Assembly (NCBI GenBank): GCA_049177215.1 | Contig: CP185379.1 | Location: 2,921,549 to 2,985,548 of the forward strand | Length of the DNA stretch: 64,000 nucleotides | Reading direction: 5' to 3' | Origin: Candidatus Pollutiaquabacter aromativorans | GTDB taxonomy: Bacteria; Bacteroidota; Bacteroidia; AKYH767-A; 2013-40CM-41-45 | Part shown: piece by piece, positions 28,154-37,211 of the stretch | Position numbering within the stretch: position 1 is the first letter of the stretch | Layout: each line of letters starts with the position of its first letter | Made by a program: the position numbers and the translations under genes | Notes under the pieces: generated by a model | What the model was told of the DNA's origin: nothing | Seen by the model: only the letters and a program-made list of their open reading frames with translations | Databases searched by the model: none

Positions 28154-29935
28154 ATGCTTCCCTTGCTCCAGGTAGCCCATCTCATCACCGAATTCCCTTC
28201 GGATGAAGGCACGTTCACAGCTGTGAACGACGTCAGTTTTTCCCTCCAACAGGGGGAGACCGTCGGCATCGTGGGTGAATCCGGATCGGGAAAGTCGGTA
28301 ACCTCGCTCTCGATCATGCGGCTATTGGCTTCGCCGGGACGTATCCGCTCAGGCTCCATCGTTTACCAGGCACCCGGTAAAGAAGCGGTGGATCTTACGC
28401 GTATGGAGGAAGCGGCACTGTGTCGTTATCGGGGCAAGGAGATCGCCATGATTTTTCAGGAGCCCATGACCTCCCTTAACCCGGTTTATTCATGCGGCTT
28501 CCAGGTGGCTGAGGCACTTATCCTGCACGAAAAGCTCAACAAACGGGAGGCACGCGAACGAACGATCGAACTCTTTAAAGAGGTCGCACTACCCCGGCCC
28601 GAACAACTTTATGACGCGTATCCGCACCAGTTATCGGGCGGACAAAAACAACGTGTCATGATCGCGATGGCCATGAGTTGCCGGCCTAAGGTGCTCATTG
28701 CGGACGAACCGACTACCGCGCTCGATGTGACGGTACAGGCGACCATCCTCGACCTCATGCGCCGGCTGCAGGAAGAGCATCGCATGGGCATGCTGTTCAT
28801 CACCCACGACCTGGGTGTCATTGCAGAAATCGCCCAGCGCGTTGTGGTCATGTACAAAGGGCGCGTGGTCGAACAAGGGACCGTACAGGAGATTTTCGCC
28901 AACCCGAAACATCCTTATACGAAAAGCCTGCTGGCCTGCCGACCGCCGCTCGATCGCCGGTTGCGTCGACTTCCGGTCGTGAACGACTTCCTCGAAGAAC
29001 AAGCCGACGGATCATTCACGGACAAGCAAGGTGTGGTCGAACACCTGAATGCGCAGGTGATATCGTCCGAAGAACGCGCCGCCCAGCACCAGGAGCTCTA
29101 CAAAACCGAACCGATCCTTCGGGTCGATCACCTGAATACCTGGTTTCCCATTCGAAAGGGATTATTCGGAAAGACCAACGACTATGTGCGTGCGGTCGAT
29201 GACGTCAGCCTGGTCGTTCATCCCGGCGAAACACTCGGACTGGTCGGCGAATCCGGCTGCGGCAAGACCACCCTCGGCCGTTCCATCCTCCGACTTATCG
29301 AACCTACTTCCGGTTCAGTACATTTCAAGGGGACCGACTTCCTCGCTCTTCAAGGTGAGGAACTCCGCAGGATGCGTCGCCACATCCAGATCATCTTTCA
29401 GGATCCGTATTCGTCACTCAACCCCCGTTTGACCATCGGCGCCGCGATACTGGAACCGATGCAAGTCCACCGGCTTCACGCGAACGATCGTTCCCGTAAA
29501 GAAAAAGTGATGGACCTGTTGCGCAAAGTCGGATTGCGCGAAGAACACTACGATCGCTATCCGCATGAATTCAGTGGCGGGCAACGCCAGCGGGTCTGTA
29601 TCGCGCGGGCACTTTCGCTGGAACCCGAATTCATCATCTGCGACGAGTCCGTTTCTGCACTGGATGTCTCGGTTCAAGCCCAGGTCCTTAACCTGCTGAA
29701 TGACCTGAAACGGGAATTCGGATTCACCTACATTTTCATTTCACATGATCTGAGTGTGGTACGCTTCATGAGCGATCGAATGATCGTAATGAATAAAGGT
29801 AAGATCGAAGAACAAGGCGATCCCGATCAGATTTATCAATCGCCCTCAACCGAATACACCAAACGCCTGATCGCGGCCATACCGGCAGCCGACCCCGAAG
29901 CGGCGGCCCGCAAGCGCTTGTTGGCCACACGTTAA
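28154..29935 (+). CDS. ABC transporter ATP-binding protein with duplicated ATPase domains (Dpp/Opp/YejF-like)
   Basis: There are two Walker A motifs (GESGSGKS and GESGCGKT), two LSGGQ signatures and two Walker B motifs. Confidence 0.85.
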   Translation: MLPLLQVAHLITEFPSDEGTFTAVNDVSFSLQQGETVGIVGESGSGKSVTSLSIMRLLASPGRIRSGSIVYQAPGKEAVDLTRMEEAALCRYRGKEIAMIFQEPMTSLNPVYSCGFQVAEALILHEKLNKREARERTIELFKEVALPRPEQLYDAYPHQLSGGQKQRVMIAMAMSCRPKVLIADEPTTALDVTVQATILDLMRRLQEEHRMGMLFITHDLGVIAEIAQRVVVMYKGRVVEQGTVQEIFANPKHPYTKSLLACRPPLDRRLRRLPVVNDFLEEQADGSFTDKQGVVEHLNAQVISSEERAAQHQELYKTEPILRVDHLNTWFPIRKGLFGKTNDYVRAVDDVSLVVHPGETLGLVGESGCGKTTLGRSILRLIEPTSGSVHFKGTDFLALQGEELRRMRRHIQIIFQDPYSSLNPRLTIGAAILEPMQVHRLHANDRSRKEKVMDLLRKVGLREEHYDRYPHEFSGGQRQRVCIARALSLEPEFIICDESVSALDVSVQAQVLNLLNDLKREFGFTYIFISHDLSVVRFMSDRMIVMNKGKIEEQGDPDQIYQSPSTEYTKRLIAAIPAADPEAAARKRLLATR

Positions 29936-29971
29936 CCCTACCCTGCTGTTTTTCTTACCTTCGCCCGGCGT

Positions 29972-30712
29972 ATGTCCAGGTTTCCGAACATGAACTGGGC
30001 CGTGGTGGTTCCCATGGCGAATGAAGAGCCCGACTTCGCGCCGTTTGTCGAAGCGTTGACCGCTCAACTCGATGCACTCGGTTCGGGCAAGGTCTACTTT
30101 GTCGTTGACAACGTTTCCAAAGACCGGACCCTCGAACTTTGCAGAAAACTCAGTGCACAGGATGCCCGCTTTGTCACGATCTGGGCACCGGAGAACCGCT
30201 GCGTAGTCGATGCCTACCTCCGGGGGTACAGGGAAGCATTACGAAACGGTCACGAATTCATCCTCGAAATGGATGCAGGCCTCTCACACGATCCGGCAAC
30301 ACTGCCGGCCTTTCTCGAAAAGCTTGCCGGGGGTTACGAATGCGTATTCGGTAGTCGGTTCATTGAGGGGGGATCGATGGGGGACTCGCCACCAAAACGT
30401 GTACTGCTTTCTCGAACCGGTACAGTGCTTTCCAATCTGTTGCTGGGTACGACCCTGCACGATATGACCTCCGGCTATCAGGGATTTCACCGCAGAATCG
30501 TCGAGCGGTTTTGTGAAAAGCCACTCTTGTCACGCGGGCATTTTTACCAGACCGAATTGCGTTACCTGCTCCGTCGATACAAGGGAGTCGAAGTGCCGAT
30601 TCGTTATAAAGCCCCATCTCCCCGGGTATCCGGCGGCTCGATCCGGAATTCACTCGAGACCCTGCTGCATTTCTGGTGGCGTCGGCTTACCTTTCGGGCA
30701 CAATCACTTTGA
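29972..30712 (+). CDS. GT2 family polyprenyl-phosphate glycosyltransferase (DPM1-like)
   Basis: The motifs AVVVPMANEE, VVDNVSKDRT and EMDAGLSHD are present. Confidence 0.7.
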   Translation: MSRFPNMNWAVVVPMANEEPDFAPFVEALTAQLDALGSGKVYFVVDNVSKDRTLELCRKLSAQDARFVTIWAPENRCVVDAYLRGYREALRNGHEFILEMDAGLSHDPATLPAFLEKLAGGYECVFGSRFIEGGSMGDSPPKRVLLSRTGTVLSNLLLGTTLHDMTSGYQGFHRRIVERFCEKPLLSRGHFYQTELRYLLRRYKGVEVPIRYKAPSPRVSGGSIRNSLETLLHFWWRRLTFRAQSL

Positions 30713-30717
30713 TCTGT

Positions 30718-31704
30718 ATGACCAGTCTGATCATCACCTCTATCTCCGCTCCGAATGCCGTGCTGCGTCGATTTGCGGAAGCCTGTCCCCAACATGGCCT
30801 TGACTTTGTTGTCATTGGAGACGTAAAATCGCCTGCCGATTTCTCGCTACCGGGTTGCCGGTTCGTATCCATCGAGGAGCAAGACACGCTCAACTTCCGG
30901 CTGGCCCGGATTCTTCCCAAGAAACACTACGCGCGCAAAAATCTGGGCTACCTGCTGGCCTGGAAAAGCGACTGCATCATCGAAACGGATGATGATAATT
31001 TTCCGTACGACACGTTCTTCACACCACGTAACCGATCGGTTGATGCATTCACCGTTGGCGGAAAAGGCTGGGTGAATGCGTATGACTATTATTCCGACGA
31101 CAAGCTTTGGCCGCGTGGGTTGCCCCTGGAGGCGATCCACAACCCTACACCTCCGCTTTCCCTGACACGACAAGCCGTCCTTGCTCCGGTCCAGCAGGGA
31201 CTTGCCAATGAAAATCCCGATGTTGACGCGGTGTTTCGTATGACACGGGAACTCCCGGTGAATTTTCGTTCGGCGCCCCCGGTAGCACTGGGCGAAGGCG
31301 CCTGGTGCCCCTTCAACAGCCAGAACACTACCTGGTTTCCGGAAGCTTTCCTGCTGCTCTACCTGCCTTCCTATTGCAGTTTCCGCATGACCGATATCTG
31401 GCGCAGCTTTGTCGCACAACGGCTGCTGTGGACCTGCGGCTGGCCCATGCTTTTTCACGAAGCGACCGTTTGGCAGGAACGGAACGAACACAACCTGCTG
31501 CGCGATTTCTCGGACGAAGTGCCGGGATACCTGCACAATGCAGCGATGGCACATGCGCTGGAGGAACTTGACCTGAAATCCGGGCAAGAACACCTTTCCG
31601 AAAATTTATTCCGTTGCTACCAGACACTCACTGAACGGGGCTGGGTCGGAAAAGAAGAGCTACCGCTGGTAGAAGCCTGGATCCAGGACGCGGAAATCCG
31701 TTGA
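30718..31704 (+). CDS. hypothetical protein with a DDD motif, possibly a glycosyltransferase-associated (DUF288/STELLO-like) enzyme
   Basis: It starts 6 nt after the GT2 stop. The sequence CIIETDDDNFPYD suggests a nucleotide-sugar binding acidic motif. The family assignment is tentative. Confidence 0.35.
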   Translation: MTSLIITSISAPNAVLRRFAEACPQHGLDFVVIGDVKSPADFSLPGCRFVSIEEQDTLNFRLARILPKKHYARKNLGYLLAWKSDCIIETDDDNFPYDTFFTPRNRSVDAFTVGGKGWVNAYDYYSDDKLWPRGLPLEAIHNPTPPLSLTRQAVLAPVQQGLANENPDVDAVFRMTRELPVNFRSAPPVALGEGAWCPFNSQNTTWFPEAFLLLYLPSYCSFRMTDIWRSFVAQRLLWTCGWPMLFHEATVWQERNEHNLLRDFSDEVPGYLHNAAMAHALEELDLKSGQEHLSENLFRCYQTLTERGWVGKEELPLVEAWIQDAEIR

Positions 31705-31705
31705 T

Positions 31706-31820
31706 GGTTTCGAGTTTCCGGTTTCGAGCTTCATGTTAGATGAAGTATATTGAATGTAGGTGGAAATCCTAAACATCGGAAATCCAATTTCAACGCGAAA
31801 CCCGGAACCCGGAACCCACG
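31706..31820. repeat. palindromic heptamer-repeat element (GTTTCGA GTTTCCG GTTTCGA ... CGAAACC CGGAACC CGGAACC) with a central hairpin CTTCATgttagATGAAG
   Basis: Read directly from the sequence. It lies between convergent genes. Confidence 0.85.
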
Positions 31821-31823
31821 ACC

Positions 31824-32462
31824 TTATTCATCCTTCCATTGCCACAGATACATGCTCGCCACCGTCCGATAAGGCGACCAGGCTGAAGCGATCTTCTCCA
31901 TACGGGCGATCATTTTTTTCTTGTCGGTCGTACGGAGTTTGTACAACTTGATCATTGCCTGCTGAATTCCGAAATCTCCCGATGGAAACACATCCGGGCG
32001 GGCGAGCGAAAACATGAGGATCATCTGCACGGTCCATACGCCAACGCCCTTGATCTTGGTCAGTTCTTCGATCACCTCCGCGTCGCTCATCTTTAGGAGC
32101 AGCGCGTCGCTTAATCCCTGCTCGATAAAATGTCGGGCCACTTCTTTTACATAGATCGCCTTCGCATTTGACAGGCCTATTGCGCGCAAGGTCTCGTGAG
32201 GGGTTTCGAGAATTTGTTCGGGCGTAGGCTCTGCTTCGCCGTAGAGTTCCAAAAACCTTCGGTGCAAGGTGTCCGCCACCTTCGTGGATAACTGTTGCGA
32301 CATGATGGCAGAACAGATGCGTAAATAGATCTGCTTCTTGCGACGCAATTTCTTCGGGCTGAATTGACGATGCAATCCGGCCATGACCGGATCACGTTCA
32401 AATACTTGATCTATGGAAGGAGTCATCACGGGCGGCATCGCGATCATGCGCGACTTTTTCAA
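31824..32462 (-). CDS. DNA-3-methyladenine glycosylase II family protein (HhH-GPD, AlkA-like)
   Basis: The HhH-GPD signature is IKGVGVWTVQMILMFSLARPDVFPSGDFGIQQA. Confidence 0.75.
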   Translation of the reverse strand: MKKSRMIAMPPVMTPSIDQVFERDPVMAGLHRQFSPKKLRRKKQIYLRICSAIMSQQLSTKVADTLHRRFLELYGEAEPTPEQILETPHETLRAIGLSNAKAIYVKEVARHFIEQGLSDALLLKMSDAEVIEELTKIKGVGVWTVQMILMFSLARPDVFPSGDFGIQQAMIKLYKLRTTDKKKMIARMEKIASAWSPYRTVASMYLWQWKDE

Positions 32463-32499
32463 GATACCCGTTTCGTATCAAGTACACAACCAATTGCCA

Positions 32500-33192
32500 T
32501 TACAGCAGGGTTGCTCCTACCATATTTCCACGCATTCGCAGGTAAACCTGCACGAGCGTTTCGACGTCCTTTCGGCAATAGCGTACTATTCGTGGAAGGT
32601 CCTGTTCCACCCAATAGGTCTCACCGACCATGCTGCCGTCCAGATCGTCCTTCGGACTGGGCAGGTTAAACAATTGAGCCAGCAGGGTAAGCGAAGTAAA
32701 CGCTTTGTAATCGCCGAATTTCCAAAGCTCCATGGTATCCAGGTGCTGAACCTCCCAGGGTTTTCGACCTGCCGTATCAAGGGCATCGGGTAGTGGCAAT
32801 CCATTTACCAGCATCCTTCTGGCAATGAACGGAAAGTCGAACTCTTTCCCGTTGTGCGCGCACAACCACTTTCGTCCGCTTCGAAACGCGGTGTGCAGAA
32901 ACAATCCGAAACTTCTTAAGAGTGTCGCCTCATCGGGATCGTCGAATACTTCGTACTGGATGGCACCGAAACGATCCGGTATGGCCACCACGATGCAGAT
33001 TACTTTCCCAAATTCGGCGTAAATGCCTGCCTTGCGATAGCTATCCTCCGGAGGTTCCGGATCGCGAAAGCCGACCGACTTTCGCCTCCACAACTGCTGC
33101 CAGGCTTCCGGCATCGACTCGAAGGAAGGATAAACAGCCGCCGTCTCAATATCCAGAAACGCGATCTCATGCAGGGGAATAGTGCGTTGCAT
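32500..33192 (-). CDS. 3'-5' exonuclease (DnaQ-like, RNase H fold)
   Basis: The sequence FLDIETAAV carries the DxE of Exo I. HNGKEFDFPFI corresponds to Exo II, and YCRKDVETL is Exo III-like. Confidence 0.6.
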   Translation of the reverse strand: MQRTIPLHEIAFLDIETAAVYPSFESMPEAWQQLWRRKSVGFRDPEPPEDSYRKAGIYAEFGKVICIVVAIPDRFGAIQYEVFDDPDEATLLRSFGLFLHTAFRSGRKWLCAHNGKEFDFPFIARRMLVNGLPLPDALDTAGRKPWEVQHLDTMELWKFGDYKAFTSLTLLAQLFNLPSPKDDLDGSMVGETYWVEQDLPRIVRYCRKDVETLVQVYLRMRGNMVGATLL

Positions 33193-33252
33193 GCCACAAG
33201 ACTACGCGGATGCGCGGTCGCTGGCAACCAATCTATGCAGTTTCTTTTAGGA

Positions 33253-33329
33253 GGGGCGAGGGACGAGGGACGGGGGACGGGGGACGAGGGACGGGGGACG
33301 AGGGACGAGGGACGAGGGACGGGGGACGA
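33253..33329. repeat. (GGGACGR)x11 heptamer tandem array
   Basis: Read directly from the sequence. Confidence 0.9.
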
Positions 33330-33393
33330 AAAAAATGACGCGTTTATAAGAAACGGGATAATTCCAGGACGCGATGGTTGGTATAAACCTTGG

Positions 33394-33914
33394 CTATTGC
33401 TTTATCATACGTAAGGTTGCCAGGCGATCACCGGATGTAACTTGTATCAGGTAAACTCCGTTTGGAATGTGGCTGCAGTCGAGCGTTTCTGAGATAGCTA
33501 GCCGTCCGCTCTGAGCCTTGACCAGTCGTCCGGTGGCATCGAAGATTTGAATGCTTCCTTCGCCCGGTTCACATTATCGAATCGAATCTCCTGCACATTC
33601 TCCTGGGCATTGTTATTCCCCGAAACGGTCATCCACTGAAGAAACCCCGTGGAATCGGCTTTGCAGGTCAGTCCGTTTTCATACCAATATCCGTCAAAAC
33701 TCAGGTTCCCAAACGGATCCGTACCGGTAGCGTTTCTTGGACCCACATAACCCGAGAAGAGCAGATTGCCCTGGTCATCGAAATCATAATCGCTGAAGCG
33801 CGAGAGGGTGCTATCATAAACATACACATCACCGATGTGTTGTCCGTACACATCTAATACGGAATGGATCAGCAGGAAAACAAGTAAGTAGAAATTAAGT
33901 CGCATGTCGATCAT
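33394..33914 (-). pseudogene. small secreted protein with a T9SS C-terminal sorting domain, interrupted by a -1 frameshift near 33549-33560
   Basis: The signal peptide and body are in one frame up to NVNRAKE. A complete CTD follows in the adjacent frame and ends at the stop 33394-33396. It reads IQIFDATGRLVKAQSGRLAISETLDCSHIPNGVYLIQVTSGDRLATLRMIKQ. Confidence 0.7.
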
Positions 33915-34142
33915 TTTCGGAAAGAAATGAAAAAACCACTAAAGTGCCATGCGGTCTCCAACCTATTCCGGTACTGTCATCCAAGCAAAGGCGAACGCAA
34001 CAATTCAGGAGGTAAAAGGAAGAAAAGACGTACTTGGTGGGCTTCGCTTCGGATTCATGATCCGTCATTCATCCCAAGGTGCGGCAAGAAACCGGCATTC
34101 CAGTCACCAAATTCCAATCACTAATAACAAATCTCCAACCTC

Positions 34143-34550
34143 TCACCTCAACATCACTCCCCGCTTATTCAGCACCGGGATGTTGGTGAAATTTTCTTCC
34201 TTGATTGACTCCGGTAAAAAGATGTACTTCTTGTCGTACATATCGGAACCCATATAGAAACTGACCCAATACTCGTTACTCAATCCGAACAGGTTGTCCA
34301 TGATCATCTCGATGCGCGCATAATCCTGCGGATCCACATTCCCGATAAGGTGGCGAAGGATGGATGTTTTCACTTCTTTCCCGTCGAGTTCGCCATACCC
34401 TTTCGAGCTCACCAATACTCCGCGGATCACTTCATCGTTCAGGTTGACGAGGTACACATGCCATTCCATGGTACCGGATTCTTCGTTCGGCTCCTTCACA
34501 GCAGCAAGGACGATATTCTTGACTTCAGGCCGGTGAATGTCTTTCAGCAT
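34143..34550 (-). CDS. hypothetical protein
   Basis: An ORF of 135 aa with coherent codon usage. No motif was recognised. Confidence 0.45.
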   Translation of the reverse strand: MLKDIHRPEVKNIVLAAVKEPNEESGTMEWHVYLVNLNDEVIRGVLVSSKGYGELDGKEVKTSILRHLIGNVDPQDYARIEMIMDNLFGLSNEYWVSFYMGSDMYDKKYIFLPESIKEENFTNIPVLNKRGVMLR

Positions 34551-34682
34551 AGGAAGCGTAAAGGTACGGAAAAGTTGGGGCGGGGTGGATTGGATATTGG
34601 AGGTTGGTTATTCGTGATTTAATATCCGCGATTGGCGGTGGGTCGGGTTGAAAGATCATTCCAAACTCTACAAGCAATAAAA

Positions 34683-34750
34683 CTGGAAACGCGGAACTCG
34701 AAACCCGCCTGCCTGCCGCAGCTTTAGCGTAGGCAGGGAACCCGGAACCA
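34683..34750. repeat. heptamer-repeat palindromic element (GGAAACG CGGAACT CGAAACC ... GGGAACC CGGAACC) with an internal hairpin CCTGCCtgccgcagctttagcgtaGGCAGG
   Basis: Read directly from the sequence. It sits at the 3' end of the serine hydrolase gene. Confidence 0.75.
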
Positions 34751-34769
34751 GTTCGTCACACCTCCCTCC

Positions 34770-35927
34770 TTACCGGACCATCTCGACAGCTCCCCGCACG
34801 TAGGCCTTGAAGTCGCTGTAATGCTGGTCTTCCTCTTTGGTGCCGCGTTCAATGCCGAGCCGCACCACGACGAGTTGCAGATCCGGGATCACGATGATGT
34901 ATTGACCAAGGATTCCTCTTGCATACACGACCCGATGACCATCCACGGTTGCAAGCCACCAGTGATAACCATAATAATCAGTGACCGCTCCCCGCTCATC
35001 CGGCAAGCCGATGGGCGTGGTCATTTGTCGGATATAATCTTTCGACACTATTTGCCTGCCTTGAGACATTCCACTGTCAAGCACCAACTGTCCGATCCGG
35101 GCAAAATCGCGGGCATTGGAATAGAAACAACAATACGCCTTTTCAATTCCGTCGGCGTGATCGAGCGACCAGAACGCGGGAGCGGTTGCCCCCAGCGGCT
35201 TCCACAGTTTTTTCGCAGCGTAATCAGACAAACGTTCGCCCGTGGCTCGTTCAAGGATCATTCCCAACAACAACGTGTTGCCGCTCATGTACCGGAACAC
35301 GGAACCGGGCTCCTCGATCACCTTGAGCTTATTCGTCAGTGCCGGTAAGTCGGTTCCATAATACGCCTCGGTAGTATAGGAGAAGAGCGAAGCATACGAT
35401 TCATCCCAGTTCAGGCCGGAGCTCATCATCAACAACTCCCGGATGCTGCAGCTGTTTCCCGCATCGGTATTGAAATGCGGCAGATAGCGCCCGATCGGCT
35501 GGTCGAGTTCCAGGAGGTGTTCATCGGCCGCGATCCCCACGAGCAACCCGACAATGCTCTTTGCAACGGAAAAAGAATTGCTGGGCGATACCGTATCGTA
35601 GCGGTCCCAGTATTGTTCGTACAACAAGCTGTCGTTGCGAACTACCAGGTAGGCAACGCTTTTGTTCTTCTCCAACTCCCCGCTGAGCGGTGCGGAGGGC
35701 CGGCGGTCCTGATAGTCGGATGCATAGGGCCAACGAACGGGTGCCGGATCGTCGATGATGCGGGTGGAAAACAGCTCCAGATCATCGATACCCGGATAGG
35801 TATAGACCAGTGTTTTGAAAACGTAGCTGTAACCGGTAATCATCAGGGCCACCGAGCCACTGAGGAGAAACAAGAAGATCAGCCCGAGTGTTCGAAACAG
35901 GATCCGACGGAAGCGTGCGTTAGCCAT
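34770..35927 (-). CDS. serine hydrolase of the beta-lactamase family
   Basis: An SxxK motif is present (FSVAKS). An N-terminal TM anchor is present. Confidence 0.7.
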   Translation of the reverse strand: MANARFRRILFRTLGLIFLFLLSGSVALMITGYSYVFKTLVYTYPGIDDLELFSTRIIDDPAPVRWPYASDYQDRRPSAPLSGELEKNKSVAYLVVRNDSLLYEQYWDRYDTVSPSNSFSVAKSIVGLLVGIAADEHLLELDQPIGRYLPHFNTDAGNSCSIRELLMMSSGLNWDESYASLFSYTTEAYYGTDLPALTNKLKVIEEPGSVFRYMSGNTLLLGMILERATGERLSDYAAKKLWKPLGATAPAFWSLDHADGIEKAYCCFYSNARDFARIGQLVLDSGMSQGRQIVSKDYIRQMTTPIGLPDERGAVTDYYGYHWWLATVDGHRVVYARGILGQYIIVIPDLQLVVVRLGIERGTKEEDQHYSDFKAYVRGAVEMVR

Positions 35928-35980
35928 GCTCTCAAGTTAGGCATCGCACTGCCGTGTCAGTAATCGTCCGGAAGAGTTTT

Positions 35981-36199
35981 TCAGCCTTCCGTTGTTGGCT
36001 TCAGACTGCGTAACGCATCGATCGTCGCCTGCCCGATATCACAGGGGGCCTTCGGTTCAAAATTCTTCGTCTTGGAAATGACCGCGTCCATCCAGGTATC
36101 GAACTCTGCAGGCGAAATATCCCGCCCACGATCCGGATGGTCATCGTCGGGTAACTGGCGTTCATCCAATTGGCGCAACGCTACAATGGATCTGTTCAT
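35981..36199 (-). CDS. small hypothetical protein that may be co-transcribed downstream of lipB
   Basis: The ORF lies 1 nt after the lipB stop. The start at MNRSIV was chosen. Confidence 0.3.
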   Translation of the reverse strand: MNRSIVALRQLDERQLPDDDHPDRGRDISPAEFDTWMDAVISKTKNFEPKAPCDIGQATIDALRSLKPTTEG

Positions 36200-36254
36200 G
36201 TTTTTTGAAGGTACGAAAAATTTGTCGGAATTCCAAATGCGAGAATAGGGCAAT

Positions 36255-36971
36255 TCACCCCAGCTCCGCCGGTTCCAACTGCATACCGAAAAGCGCGGCC
36301 AGCTCGTGTTTCAATCTGTGACTCACTTCTGACATATCGATTGCCCGGCCCAATTCCCGTTGCAGCGAGGTCACATCCTTGTCTTTGATTCCGCAGGGTA
36401 CGATGTGTTCGAAATAGGAAAGGTCCGTATTGACATTGAACGCGAAACCGTGCATGGTAACCCAGCGGGAGCAACGCACACCCATCGCGCAGATCTTACG
36501 GGCCTTCGCATCATCTTCCGGGTCGATCCAGACACCTGTATAGCCGGGATAACGACCAGCTTTCACACCATAGGAACCGAGCACGCGGATGATGGCCTCT
36601 TCCAAATACCGGAGGTAGCGGTGTATATCGGTGAAAAAATCGTCGAGGTCGAGGATCGGATAGCCTACCAGCTGCCCGGGACCGTGATACGTGATATCGC
36701 CGCCCCGGTTATTCTTAATGAAAATCGCTCCAATTTCCTTTAACGTTTGTTCATCCGCCAATAAATGACCGGCATCCCCGCTTCTACCCAGGGTGAATAC
36801 GTGGGGGTGCTCGCAGAAAAGGAGATAATGATGGAGTGGCTCCTGTTCTTCCTGCCGAAGATTTCGGTTCCGAAGTTTGCGATCTACCAATTCCTGGAAC
36901 AGCCGTTCCTGTAAATCCCAGGCCTCCTGGTATCCGAAACGCCCCAACTCGCTGAACAATACTCGCGGCAT
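36255..36971 (-). CDS. lipB: lipoyl(octanoyl) transferase
   Basis: The sequences HPHVFTLGRSGDAGHLL, GGDITYHGPGQLVGYPILDL and KICAMGVRCSRWVTMHGFAFNV are LipB signatures with the catalytic Cys and Lys. Confidence 0.88.
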   Translation of the reverse strand: MPRVLFSELGRFGYQEAWDLQERLFQELVDRKLRNRNLRQEEQEPLHHYLLFCEHPHVFTLGRSGDAGHLLADEQTLKEIGAIFIKNNRGGDITYHGPGQLVGYPILDLDDFFTDIHRYLRYLEEAIIRVLGSYGVKAGRYPGYTGVWIDPEDDAKARKICAMGVRCSRWVTMHGFAFNVNTDLSYFEHIVPCGIKDKDVTSLQRELGRAIDMSEVSHRLKHELAALFGMQLEPAELG

Positions 36972-37154
36972 CGCGCAAAGTTAAATGTTTCGAGTCTTCC
37001 TCCTCCTTTACTCCAGGCCGAAGCGATTCTTCGAATTTCAAACTTTAACAAATCCGATTCGAAAGCCTTTGAATCTCCGATAACATTTCTCTTTCCCTTC
37101 TCCTCTGGAATCAATCGATCCGCCTACAAATGCAAGTCTCCGCTTCCGATTCCC

Positions 37155-37162
37155 TACTTTTG
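37155..37162 (+). promoter_or_regulatory. candidate -7 element TAcTTTTG for the outer-membrane protein gene
   Basis: It matches TAnnTTTG about 50 nt upstream of the ATG at 37212. No clean -33 TTG was found. Confidence 0.25.
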
Positions 37163-37211
37163 CACGGTCGCGATTTGACCCAACCGTTCGCTTCGCGACA
37201 TCATACGAACT

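Noticed and set aside
30847-31593. A 248-aa minus-strand ORF antisense to the DDD-motif gene, and a 261-aa minus-strand ORF at 41128-41913 antisense to the CotH-like gene
   Set aside because: Both are antisense to better-supported genes and have no recognisable features.
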